A stretch of DNA of 47,200 bases from a virus (Duplodnaviria; Caudoviricetes), in IMG/VR virus record IMGVR_UViG_3300044699_000031, positions 1 to 47,200 of that record, one strand, 5' to 3'. The position numbers were made by a program, and so were the translations under genes. Shown piece by piece: positions 1-9,954 of this stretch. Under the pieces are notes generated by a model, which made no database searches, was not told the DNA's origin, and saw nothing but the letters and a program-made list of their open reading frames with translations. Position 1 is the stretch's first letter; every line of letters starts with the position of its first letter.

Positions 1-390
1 TCGACGTCTACTACCGTCCCTGGTCAGCGCCCTGGCCGCTGTCGGCGTCGCGCTCCTGACGCAGATGCTGCGCAAGGTCGGCGTGCAGCTCGACGTCGAG
101 CAGCAGAATCAGATCAAGAACGCGGCACGCGATGCCGTCCTTGCGGTCGAGGAGCAGAACCGGCGCAACGTAAAGGGCGGACTCGACCCCATGACGTCGA
201 AGCAGAAGGACACGGCGGCGACGTTCATCGTCAGCCAGACCCGTGCCGAAGGCCGGACCCCGACCAGGTCAAGATCGCCATCGCGTCGACGCTGCCGGAA
301 GTGCGCGCGGTCACGACGCCGTCGACGCCCGTGCTGATGGTCGGCCCTGGCACCGTCGCTGCCGATCAGCGCGTGTTCACGAAGCAGTAG
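1..390 (+). CDS. Holin-like membrane protein (LL-H type), 3' part; 5' end lies at 47173-47200
   Basis: Frame 2 reads LLPSLVSALAAVGVALLTQMLRKVG (TM) then IKNAARDAVLAVEEQ...SKQKDTAA; indels near 240-255; TAG at 388-390; follows the endolysin across the junction. Confidence 0.6.
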   Translation, partial: STSTTVPGQRPGRCRRRAPDADAAQGRRAARRRAAESDQERGTRCRPCGRGAEPAQRKGRTRPHDVEAEGHGGDVHRQPDPCRRPDPDQVKIAIASTLPEVRAVTTPSTPVLMVGPGTVAADQRVFTKQ

Positions 391-409
391 CCAGTTCTGC
401 ACAGGCCGG

Positions 410-438
410 TTGACAACTGCCGACCAGGTCGCTAGACT
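410..438 (+). promoter_or_regulatory. Sigma70-type promoter P1, probably leaderless
   Basis: TTGACA-17 nt-TAGACT; ATG at 445 begins 7 nt after the end of the -10 box. Confidence 0.75.
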
Positions 439-444
439 CGCCGC

Positions 445-775
445 ATGGAAGGGATCGCCGCACACATCCCCATGGAACCGGTCGAGTCGAGCAACCTGGC
501 GGCGATCGGCTACGATCCCGAGCGTAGCATCCTGGCCATCGCGTTCAAGAGCGGCGCGATCTTCCACTACACCACCGTCGACCAAGCGCTGTTCTTCGAG
601 TTCTACAACTCCCTTTCCAAAGGCACGTTCTACGCCGAGAACATCAAGCGCAAAATGCCCGGTCAGAAAATGACCGGCGAGTGTCCGAAGTGTGGCGCCA
701 AGAACGGCTGGAATCGGCGAGACGTGCACCGATTGCGGCTGTGAGGTTTACATGGACACGAGGAGGCAGGAATGA
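445..775 (+). CDS. KTSC-domain protein with C-terminal Cys cluster
   Basis: VESSNLAAIGYD...LAIAFKSGAIFHY...SKGTFY is the KTSC pattern; then CPKCG and, after an indel near 712, ETCTDCGCEVY. Confidence 0.8.
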
Positions 776-1202
776 AAGGCCAGCAGGAACGCCAGGCGGC
801 AGCGGCAGCGCTGACGGCCTACATCAGCAAGATCACCGGACAACCCTGGAGTGAGGAGCATGCCGCAGAAGCTGAAGCCGTTGTCGAGGCGATTGCCAGC
901 TACGCAAAGGTCCAGCCGACACGCGCACGAGCGCGCCGTCAGCGACATCCGGAAGCGCAAAGCCTGACGCCAGGTCGTTCGGGAACCAGTCGATTTTCAA
1001 GGGACCCTCTGGCGACCGCGTGCAAGGACTGCTGACCGTCACCGGCAGCATCAGCTTCGAGAATGCACGGCAGAAGCTGGCGAAGATGTCCGGACGTGAG
1101 ACGGCCAGCGACCGCGACACGATCATTGCGCTGTCGATCGGCTGGCGGGAAACAGAGCGCTACCTGTTCGATAAGGAGCAGGAGGAGCGGAAGGTAAAAT
1201 AA
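772..1202 (+). CDS. Hypothetical protein (joined across one indel)
   Basis: ORFs 772 and 1020 join via an indel near 915; GGAGG/AGGA upstream; ATGA overlap with the previous gene. Confidence 0.55.
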
Positions 1203-1237
1203 CAACGGCCGGTCAGGCGGCGAAACCTGACCGGCCG
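1196..1237. terminator. 12-bp GC stem-loop; U-tract on the minus strand
   Basis: CGGCCGGTCAGG (1206-1217) / CCTGACCGGCCG (1226-1237), preceded by AAAATAACAA. Confidence 0.55.
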
Positions 1238-1288
1238 CGCTCCGTGAAGGAGGGGGACCAGACGCACCCATCCTACACCGAGGACCCC

Positions 1289-2231
1289 ATGAAAACCAAA
1301 ACGCGGAAGAAGGCGAAGCCGTCGACGGCGCTCGCCAGGCGGAAAGCAGCAACGCCGGCACCGTTGAAGCCGGCCACGCTGGTGACGGCGACGCCGGCTA
1401 CGACCGCCCTGGCGGCGCTGACGGACGACATCGACCTGGGCAACCTCGCCCTGGTCGAAGTGAAGTTCACGGAGAAGGAAGAATCGATCTGCAACGAAGT
1501 CGTGCAGCTCAAGGACGTCAGCATCAAGCCGACCGGCCAGCCCTACCTGTCGCACCCGGTCTATACGCGCTGGATGAATCGAGCGTTTCGGGCGCACCGG
1601 ATGGGGCATGCGGCCGGCGGCGAAGCCACTGAAGTCAGGCAACAGCGTCGTGCAGCCCTACGTGCTCTACATCCACGGCAAGCCGGTCGCCTTCGCCATG
1701 GGCGAGCAGGAATATTTCGAGGGCAACAAGGAGCAGACCTACGGCGACGCCCTGGAAGCGACTGTCGCGTCCGCGCTACGGCGCTGCATGAAGCGCCTGG
1801 GCATCGGGCTCGAACTCTGGGATCGCGCCTGGGTCGACAACTTCATGGCCGAGCAGGGCGTGCACGTCCAGATCGAGAACAAGGACGGATCGAAGAATGG
1901 GTTTGGCGGAAGCGAGGGTCGGCGCCGTTCTGGAACGAAGTCAAAGGCGGCCGACGTCGCGACGCCGAGGATGCGGCGCCGGCACAACGGCGGTCCCGCG
2001 AGACGGCGCCAGCGGACCCATCGCACGCGCATCACTCGCAGAGCACCGAGAAGATCAACGACGCGCAGGTCAAACGCCTGGGCGTGATCATCCACAACAG
2101 CGGGCGGTCGCCGGAGGAGATTCAGCCCTGGATGGAGAAGCGCTACGGGTTCAAGCTGCGGAAGGACATCACCCGAAACAAATACGATGAAATCTTGCGC
2201 GGCCATCGAGTCGCCGAGGGATCTGCCATGA
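1289..2231 (+). CDS. Mgm101/Rad52-family single-strand annealing protein
   Basis: Joined translation VSIKPTGQPYL...YTRWMNRAFGRTGWGMRP...AMGEQEYF...ALRRCMKRLGIGLELWD matches the Mgm101 motif order; indels near 1588, 1895 and 2195. Confidence 0.8.
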
Positions 2232-2483
2232 AGCTGAAACCAGAGGACGCGAAGAAGATGCTGGCGCTGCAGCAGGAGCTGGCGATCGTGCTACGGCGCG
2301 CGAACGACCAGAAGCTGGAGGCCGCCGTCGCCGCCTTCGCCCTGGTCCGCCTGGCGCGCGAGCTGTTCGACAAATATCCGCCCAACGTCCGGCGCACCCT
2401 GACGACGATCTGTTTCGCTGTTTCTCGAACGGAAGGCCGTTGTGGTCGAGGATGATCCGGCGAGCAAGCTGCTGGTGATGTAA
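2228..2483 (+). CDS. Hypothetical protein
   Basis: MKLKPEDAKK...; ATGA and TAATG overlaps with neighbours; one indel near 2415. Confidence 0.55.
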
Positions 2484-3064
2484 TGGCCGAGGGTTCGGCC
2501 GTCTTTCGGTTCGACGCCGTCAACCACGAATACATTGACCCGTCGTCGGGCAGCGTGTTCCCGCACATCACGGGCATGCTGCAGCAGACCGGCTGGATCG
2601 ACGACACCTGGTATACGGAGGAGTCGAGCGCGCGAGGGCGCGCAGTGCACCGACTGACTGCAGACTTCGACCTGGGCGCGCTGCACGTCGATAGCTGCGT
2701 GTCGCGCTACCGGCCCTACCTGCTCGGCCACGTCAAGTGCACGGCATGCTGAGCCCGACCTGGTATTCGATCGAGGAACCGCTGGTCCACCCGAAGCTGC
2801 GTTTTGGCGGCCGGCCGGATCGCATCGGCCTGGTCACGAACCTGGTCGCTGTGTTCGAGATTAAGACCGGACCCTTCACGAAGGCACACCCGATCCAGAC
2901 GGCACTGCAGGCCATCCTGGCCGAGCTGACGACGCGCGTGCCGGCGGAATCGATCGCCCGGTTCGGCGAGTATCTGAAGCCGTCCGGTCGAGGGACGGTC
3001 GAGCGCTTCGACAAGCGGGCAGACTTCGACGAGGCTCAGGCGCATCATCAAGAGGTGCACATGA
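2483..3064 (+). CDS. PD-(D/E)XK family phage nuclease
   Basis: FDAVNHEY...HITGML...RGRAVH...IEEPL...FGGRPDRIG...FEIKTG...IQTALQ; sits next to the annealase. Confidence 0.75.
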
Positions 3065-3280
3065 TCCGCCGCTGGAACCCTGGGAAGTTGAGGCGCTGGA
3101 ATCCCTGGGCGTAGACTTCGGACTGAACGAGGATTGACGGTGCTGACCGTCAGGTTCAAGAACGGCACCTGTGAGCACTGGCTCGGCGTGCCTGGTCCGG
3201 TCGAGCGCTACGCCGGCAAGGAAGTGCTGACGATCGGCGATCGGGTTTTTCATCCGGACACAGGACAAGGAGAGCTGACC

Positions 3281-3550
3281 ATGATCGACGGAAGACGGAT
3301 CGTATCTAGTGGTTGGGAAGGCTACCGCGCAGGCGTCGTGCCGAGGGACGCCGGACCGACGCAGGTTCTGGAGTGCAAGCGCGCCTTTGTGGCCGGCGCG
3401 ATCGTCGTGCTGACCGCCTTCAAGCGTGTCGGCGAAGACGACATCAGCGAGGACGCTGCCGTCGAAATCATCGCGGAGCTGGACAAGGACGTCGCTAAGC
3501 TGACGGCCGAGATGATGGCGACGCCGCCCGCGCCGCAGGTTGGAAACTGA
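3281..3550 (+). CDS. Hypothetical phage protein
   Basis: GGAG RBS; WEGYRAGVVP...ECKRAFVAGA. Confidence 0.55.
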   Translation: MIDGRRIVSSGWEGYRAGVVPRDAGPTQVLECKRAFVAGAIVVLTAFKRVGEDDISEDAAVEIIAELDKDVAKLTAEMMATPPAPQVGN

Positions 3551-3552
3551 CC

Positions 3553-4063
3553 ATGGGCTGGCCGCCGACCTGGGGACAAACCGCATTTCAAAGACGGCAG
3601 CTCAACGAAGATCGAGCGCTACAAACGTCGGATGAAAGCGAAGGACGCCGAGGACGCAGAAAAGCAGAAGGTCCGTCGACGTGACGGCTACTGCAGGTTC
3701 CCGCTCTGCGGCTGCGGCAAGATGAGGCTACGGACGGAAGTCAGTCACAGCGAGCACAAGGGCATGGGCGGCAACCCGGCCGGCGACCGCTCGAAGGCCG
3801 ACCTGATGGTGCTGGTCTGTCACCGCCGGCACAAGGACGGCCGCGTCGCCATTGACAAGGGCACGCTGCGCTGGCGAGCGCTGACGGCGCGCGGCAGGCA
3901 ACGGCCCGATCGCCTGGGACATTCAGGCCGACATGATCGCGTTCTCGTTCGCCCGTGGGCGGGAATGGTTTACGCTGGCCATCGAGACGGCGCCGCACAC
4001 CTACCAGGCCATGAGTAGCGACCAGGTCGCCGTCTGAAGCGTCTAGCGGAGATGGAACTATGA
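3553..4063 (+). CDS. HNH-like nuclease
   Basis: VRRRDGYCRFPLC...EVSHSEHKGMGG...LMVLVCHRRH; several indels. Confidence 0.55.
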
Positions 4064-4255
4064 ACGGATGGGGACCGAGTCGCGAAGTTGAGAAGCCGAA
4101 GGGCAAGCGGGCGATGCGCGCCGAGCGCGCGGCCAAGGCGCTGAAGCTCTCGTATCACCTGGACACCGACGCGAGCGCGCTGCAGCACGTCACCCTGGCA
4201 GCGACGTCGTGCGTCATCTACGGGAGGCGGCCGACCTGCTGCGGTCGATGGCCGA

Positions 4256-4528
4256 ATGAACGCCTGTAAAGACTGTGGCGTGAAGTGGGCGCAAGAGCGC
4301 GGGCTCTGTCGATCGTGTCAACGCGCACGCAGGGAAGACGGATCGATCCCGAGTCACACGCTCGATCTCGCCGCCGTGCAGCGCGCGCTGATGCCGGTCT
4401 GCTACGCGAAGCGATGGATGCTCGTGTGTAATCTTGTCGACGAACTCTCAGAGCTGCGGGCGTTCCGTCAGATCGTCGTGCAGAAGATCCCTAAGACAGA
4501 GCTGGCTGGTTGGGGCATCGAGCTATGA
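4256..4528 (+). CDS. Small Cys-rich hypothetical protein
   Basis: CKDC...CRSC; overlapping start/stop with neighbours. Confidence 0.45.
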   Translation: MNACKDCGVKWAQERGLCRSCQRARREDGSIPSHTLDLAAVQRALMPVCYAKRWMLVCNLVDELSELRAFRQIVVQKIPKTELAGWGIEL

Positions 4529-4638
4529 CGCGCATCAATCCGCTGACGCCGGAGGAGCGCCTGGACCGCAACGTCGCCTGGCTGCTGATCGTCGCGATGG
4601 TCATCGCTGCCGGCGGCCACCTGGCCGGATTCTGGTAG
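4525..4638 (+). CDS. Small membrane protein (37 aa)
   Basis: MTRINPLTPEERLDRNVAWLLIVAMVIAAGGHLAGFW; ATGA overlap. Confidence 0.45.
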   Translation: MTRINPLTPEERLDRNVAWLLIVAMVIAAGGHLAGFW

Positions 4639-4988
4639 ACTGCCGGCCATGGCACACAAGAAACTCGGCACGAGCGCTGCGCGTCAGGCCGCCGCCCGCC
4701 GCAAGGCGAAGGCGCCCGCACTGAAACCCCTCACAAGATCGACGCCATCATCCGCGACCGCCTGGCCGACGAGCGTATGAAGTCGTGGAGCGCGCCAAAC
4801 GAGGGCTACAACAGCCAGGGATTCTGCAGCGGGCTGGAGTGGGTTCTACTGCAGCTCGAAGCGCTGCGGGCATGATACGCGGGCTCATTCTCTGGTGCTG
4901 ATCCTGGTCCTGAAGCGCTGGCCGATCTGGGATTGCACGTAGGGCTGCACACTCTCGCGCACAATCGATCGACCGTCTCACTTTCCGG

Positions 4989-5017
4989 TTGACAACTGCG
5001 CTCGCCGACGTCAGACT
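4989..5017 (+). promoter_or_regulatory. Sigma70-type promoter P2
   Basis: TTGACA-17 nt-CAGACT; shares TTGACAACTGC with P1 and P3; AGGAGG RBS and ATG 5040 downstream. Confidence 0.65.
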
Positions 5018-5039
5018 CCCGTCTCAGGAGGCTGAGATT

Positions 5040-6034
5040 ATGGCGAGGGGCAAGGTAGAAGCGTCGGCGCAGGAAGTCATCGACGCAGTCGCAACGGTAG
5101 ACGATCCCGATCAGCAATTTGTCGAGCAGGCAGGGCTCGGCGTCAAGGAGTTCCTGGCGCGAGCTGGCGCGTTCTTCGCCGAGGCGCGTGCCATCGAGAA
5201 GGCAGCGAACGATCGCCTGGCGCTGGCGAAGACGCTGACGGTGCCGACGTCGGCCGACGAGGACGTCGCGTTGCAGGAGCGCATCAAGTCGACGACGGCC
5301 GCCACGAAGCACGCGATCGAGCACTGGGGCATCGCCCAGGCACTGCATCACTTTCACCGCCGCATCACGTCCGCGCGAGCGCGAGGCGTCGAACCCAACG
5401 AGCAGGCCAACACGATCCAGAACCGCCTGCACAACGAATACGTCGACAACGAACGGCGGAAGGCGGCAGCGGAGACAGAGCGCCTGCGGCGCGAAGCCGA
5501 AGCCAAGGCCCAGGCCGACCGCGACGCCGAAGTCGCGCGCCAGGAGGAGCAGGCAGCCAAGGCCGAAGCGTCAGCGCCGACCCTCAGCGAGCGCGAATCC
5601 GTGTTCGTCGACCTGATCGTCGCCGGCAACAAGCCGAGCCTGGCGGCACAGCGCGCCGGATTCAAGAACGCGGTGACCGTCGGCCGCAGCTCTTGGAACG
5701 TCCGAAGATCGCGAAGGCCATCGAAGCGAAGGAGAGCGCGGCGGCGATGCGCGCCCAGGCGGCAGCCACGAAGGAGCAGCCGCTCGACGTGCAGTATCAG
5801 CAGGCCAAGCCGGACGTGAAACGGGCGGCCGGCGCCAGCGACCGCACGACACACGGCGCTGAAGTGATGGACGAGGCCGCGCTGCACGACGCCGTGTTCG
5901 CCGGCCGGTTCGGCATCCCGCGCGACGTCCTGGTCGTCGACCACGCGCGAGTGAACGCCTACGGCAAGGACCTGAAGGAACTGATCAACAAGTGGCAGGC
6001 GTTGCGCTACACGAAGAACACGAAGGTCGTCTAA
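5040..6034 (+). CDS. Coiled-coil phage protein with an internal TerS-like HTH segment
   Basis: Long E/R/A-rich helical region; insert LSERESVFVDLIVAGNKPSLAAQRAGF...LLERPKIAKAI; indel near 5685. Confidence 0.7.
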
Positions 6035-6182
6035 TGGTCGGCCTAGCGATTCTCAGGCTGCTGCTGGCGCTGGCTGCCGTGGCGATCGAACACGATCTCG
6101 GGTTCATGTCCCGCAAAGCGTGGAGAGGCTGACCGATGCCATGAAGGCCGGCCAGGAGATGCTCAACAAACGGAGTGGAGAA

Positions 6183-6433
6183 ATGACCAGGCGGACCAGA
6201 CTGCCGGCGCCCTGGCGACGCACCGACGGCGGCAACGCGACGATCGGATCGACCTACGAGCACCCGAAGGGCTACACCATCCAGCACTGCGGACACCGAC
6301 GGCGCTCTGGCCCTACGCGCTGTATGGCCCTGACGACCAGATCATCCTGGCCGAGAACGGACGCGCCTTCAGGACGTCGGCCCTGGCTGCGCTCGAAGTC
6401 GACCGCCGACTGATGGAGGGACCGAAGCCATGA
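6183..6433 (+). CDS. Hypothetical phage protein
   Basis: GGAG RBS; GYTIQHCGHPTALWPYALY after one indel. Confidence 0.5.
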
Positions 6434-6939
6434 AGCTCACGACGGCGAAGATTGGCAGCGTCAGCATCGACATCGAGGTCAATGCCGGCGGCACGTTCAC
6501 GGCCAACTACAACGACAACGACTACGAGGCGAAGACGTCCGACGAACTCTACGAGAAGCTGCGCGCGGCCGTGAAGAAAGCGCAGCAGCAGGGGACCGTC
6601 GACGTTAGCGTGCTCGGCCTGGTGCCGACAGAGAAGAAAAGCCCGTTCGGTCGCACCGAGCCGTATCAGCAGGGCATCGGCGTCGTCCACGCCAAGCTGC
6701 GCGCCAAACACGAGCGCCACTACCAGACGCACCTGCTGGTGTCCGAGGAAAAGAAGAACTTTCAAGTCAACGGCTACGACCGCAGCGGCATCGTCACCAG
6801 GCGACTGAGCCAGACCGACGTCGACTACTACGTGGCGCTGCGCGAGAAGGTCAAGGCCGCCGAGCAGGAGCTGCAGACGTTCGTCGACAGCGTCAAGATC
6901 GATCCCGACCAGGCGCTCGAAGCGGCGAGGGTGAAGTGA
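6430..6939 (+). CDS. Hypothetical protein (169 aa)
   Basis: Intact ORF, GGAGG RBS, strong GC3 bias. Confidence 0.7.
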   Translation: MKLTTAKIGSVSIDIEVNAGGTFTANYNDNDYEAKTSDELYEKLRAAVKKAQQQGTVDVSVLGLVPTEKKSPFGRTEPYQQGIGVVHAKLRAKHERHYQTHLLVSEEKKNFQVNGYDRSGIVTRRLSQTDVDYYVALREKVKAAEQELQTFVDSVKIDPDQALEAARVK

Positions 6940-7019
6940 AGCCGCGCGTGCTGATCGTGCTGGCGGACAAGAACGGCAAACCCGTGCGCATCCTGCGCGA
7001 CATCCCAGGAGAGAAGTAG

Positions 7020-7418
7020 ATGGCCAAGGACGAACGTGAACCCGAGATGCGACTGCCGCGCGACGCTTTCTCACAGCGCCTGCGCGAGCTGAGCAACCAC
7101 CCCGAGGCAGTTCAGCGCCGGAGCGTCATCGACATCGTCGACGACTACGGCAACCTGACCACCTGGATCGCCACGACGTTCCGGCACGACGGCGCCATGA
7201 CGCTGTTCCTGCAGCGGAACACGAACCAGGGCGGCGACCGCTGGCTGGTCCCGCCGCAAGTCGTCGACAGCATCATCCGCCAGCGGACGAGCGCCGTAGC
7301 CGTCAACCGGCGGAAGGGCGCCAAGAAGGGCGCGGCGACCCGGAAGGCCGAGGGAACCCAGTTCATCCCAGAGCCGCCCAAACGCCCCCCGCCGCCAGGC
7401 CAGGGCTGGCCAGGTTAA
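7020..7418 (+). CDS. Hypothetical protein (132 aa)
   Basis: Intact ORF, GGAG RBS, basic C-terminus. Confidence 0.65.
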   Translation: MAKDEREPEMRLPRDAFSQRLRELSNHPEAVQRRSVIDIVDDYGNLTTWIATTFRHDGAMTLFLQRNTNQGGDRWLVPPQVVDSIIRQRTSAVAVNRRKGAKKGAATRKAEGTQFIPEPPKRPPPPGQGWPG

Positions 7419-7424
7419 GCGAAC

Positions 7425-9239
7425 GTGAAGGAGGGCGCCCCTACCCTACGCCCCTACCAGGCCGGCGCCACAGCGGCGACCGTGGCGGCCCGCCTGGCCG
7501 GCCAGAACCGTCTCCTGGTCCAGAAGCCGACCGGCACCGGTAAAACCGTCTGGTTCGCCAGCCTGCTCGACCACCTGGCCGAGCTGCGCCTGAGCAAGGG
7601 ACGCGGCGCCGTCATGCTGGTCATCGCCCACCGGGAGGAGCTTCTGGACCAGGCGGCCGAGAAGATTACCCGAGCGCACCCTGGCGCCATGGTAGCCATC
7701 GAGCAGGGCGACCGCCACGCCAGCCGCTACTCCGACGTCGTCGTCGCCAGCATCCAGACCCTGGCGGCCATGAAGTTCCGCCGGCTGAAGAAGCTGATCG
7801 GCCAGCACACGTTCCGCCTGGTCATCGTCGACGAGGCGCACCATGCGGCGTCGAAGACCTACCGCACGGCCGCTGGCGATCCTGGGATTCCTGCCGATGG
7901 CCGAGGCGACGATCGGCAGCGACAACATCGAGGCGGCGACCCATGACGACGTCGTCGAGATGGAAAAGGTGCTGGCCGGATGGGACGCGCAGGCCAGCCA
8001 GGAGCAGCTCCTGATCGGCGTGACGGCGACGCCGAACCGCAGCGACGAGGTCGGCCTGGGCTGCGTGTTCCAGACCATCGCCTTCAGCTACCCGCTACGC
8101 CAGGCCATCGAGGACAAATGGCTGGCGCCCATCATGCCCGTGGGCGATCGAGTCGTCGGTGCAGCTCGACGCCGTCAAGAACGTGGGCAACGATTTCAAC
8201 CAGAAGCAGCTCGCCGCCGCCGTCAACACGGAAGTCCGCAACAAGCTGGCGGTCGCCGGCTGGCGCGACTACGCCGAGGGCCTGTCGACCATCGTGTTCT
8301 GCGTCGACGTCGAGCACACGCACCAGATGGCGGCCGAGTTCCGATCGAACGGCATCCCGACCGAAGCGATCACGGGCGACACGCCGAAGGAGGAGCGCCG
8401 GCAGATCCTGCGGACGCTACAGCCAGGGCACCGTCGAAGTGCTTTGTAACTGCATGGTGCTGACGGAAGGCACCGACCTGCCGCGCACCGGCTGCATCCT
8501 GCACGCCAGGCCGACACAGTCGGCGCTGCTCTACGAGCAAATGACCGGCCGAGGGCTACGGCTGTTCCCTGGGAAGGACCATTGCATCGTGCTCGACGTC
8601 GTCGACGTCAGCCGTCGGCATTCGCTGATGGCGGCGCCCGTGCTCTACGGCCTGCCGCCTGGTCTGCTGGCGAACGGCAAGAAGCTCGACGACGTCCGCC
8701 GCGACATCGACGAGCTGCGCGAGCGCTACCCTGGGTTCATCATCGACGAGGCCGCCAGGCTCACCCTGGAGCAGCTCCACGCCACAGCCAAGACGTTCGA
8801 CGTCTGGTCGGTCCCGTCGACGGCCGCCCTGGGCAAAGGCCGTGCGATGGACTGGATGCGCGTGGCGACCGACGAATACCGCCTGCAGTATCCCTGGGGC
8901 GACGGCACCGAAGTCGTCACCATCCGCAAGGACATCCTTGGCCACTTCGACGTCAGCCTGACGCTGCGACCGCGCGACGGTTCGCCGGCCAAGCAGCGGA
9001 CGATCGCGGCCGGCGTCACGAACGTCCAATCGGCGGCCGGCCTGGCGGAAGCATTCATCCTGCAGGAGCGCCGGAGCGTGATGAAGCTGAAGGCGGCCGA
9101 GACACACTGGCACGACGATCCGCCGACCGAAAAACAGATCGCGATTCTGCGTCGCATCGGAGCGCCGATTCACCGGCACCTGACGAAGGGCGACGCCAGC
9201 CGAATGATCAGCCTGCACATGGCCAGGAGGAGCAGATGA
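7425..9239 (+). CDS. SF2 DEAH helicase, Irc3-like
   Basis: LRPYQ, PTGTGKT, HREEL, DEAHH, TATP, IEDKWL, VLTEGTD, QMTGRGLR; C-terminal W..PPTEKQ...LTKGDAS; indels near 7870, 8138 and 8413. Confidence 0.9.
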
Positions 9240-9376
9240 GATACCTGGTAGTTTTCACCAACGGCCGACGCGAGGAAGTTTACGGTAAGGATTTCATCGA
9301 AGCCTGGCACGCCATCGGCGACCTGGCCAGGCGCTACGGCATCATCGATCTGGTCTACTACCTGGGGAGAGGCTAA
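9236..9376 (+). CDS. Small hypothetical protein (46 aa)
   Basis: MRYLVVFTNGRREEVYG...; AGGAG RBS, ATGA overlap. Confidence 0.5.
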   Translation: MRYLVVFTNGRREEVYGKDFIEAWHAIGDLARRYGIIDLVYYLGRG

Positions 9377-9640
9377 TGAAAGTCAGGGGAGTGTATTGGG
9401 CGCTGCTGACGCCGCGCGAGGAGGAGCTGCTGATGCGACCCGTGCCGGACGGCGACCGGCGAGAGAACGCGCACGTCGTGCGGATGCTGCAGGGCAAGGT
9501 GCAAGGGCGCCGGCAGCCTGAGCCCGGAGCTGGAGCTGACGCACGCCGAGCTGCGCCAGGTCGAGCGCGCCAAGGCCGACTGGAAAGGCGGACACGAGCC
9601 GGCACTGCGGGCTGTGCTCGAAGCCTTCGCCAGACACTAG
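9376..9640 (+). CDS. Hypothetical protein
   Basis: TAATG overlap; indels near 9510-9525; TAG at 9638-9640. Confidence 0.45.
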
Positions 9641-9653
9641 ATGTTGTGGTTGC

Positions 9654-9683
9654 TTGACGGGGAGAAAGGACGAGGCGTATAAA
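9654..9683 (+). promoter_or_regulatory. Sigma70-type promoter upstream of the replication genes
   Basis: TTGACG-18 nt-TATAAA, immediately followed by stem-loop 9687-9720. Confidence 0.55.
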
Positions 9684-9954
9684 AGTGCCCTGCGAAGTCC
9701 TTGAGAAACTTCCGCAGGGCGGCCGACACACGGTCGCCAGGTGGCTGGAACACCGACGACGAGGGCATTCTACTCCCCGTCCCGATCCCCCACCGCAAAA
9801 CCCAGGAAGTGCGCTGACACCATCTACGCGCCTGGTCCACATCGCCGTCGTGCAGGCGGTCACTGGTTGAAACTTTTTTCCCGTGTAATGTGGAAAAAGA
9901 TGGTGGAGGTGTCCCTAGAAACCCGGAAGCGCTGAGAGCGGAAAGGGGCTGGTA

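Noticed and set aside
3070-3108. Tandem CGCTGGAA(T)CCCTGGG repeat
   Set aside because: It encodes RRWNPG twice in a small ORF; no other copies or regulatory context were found.
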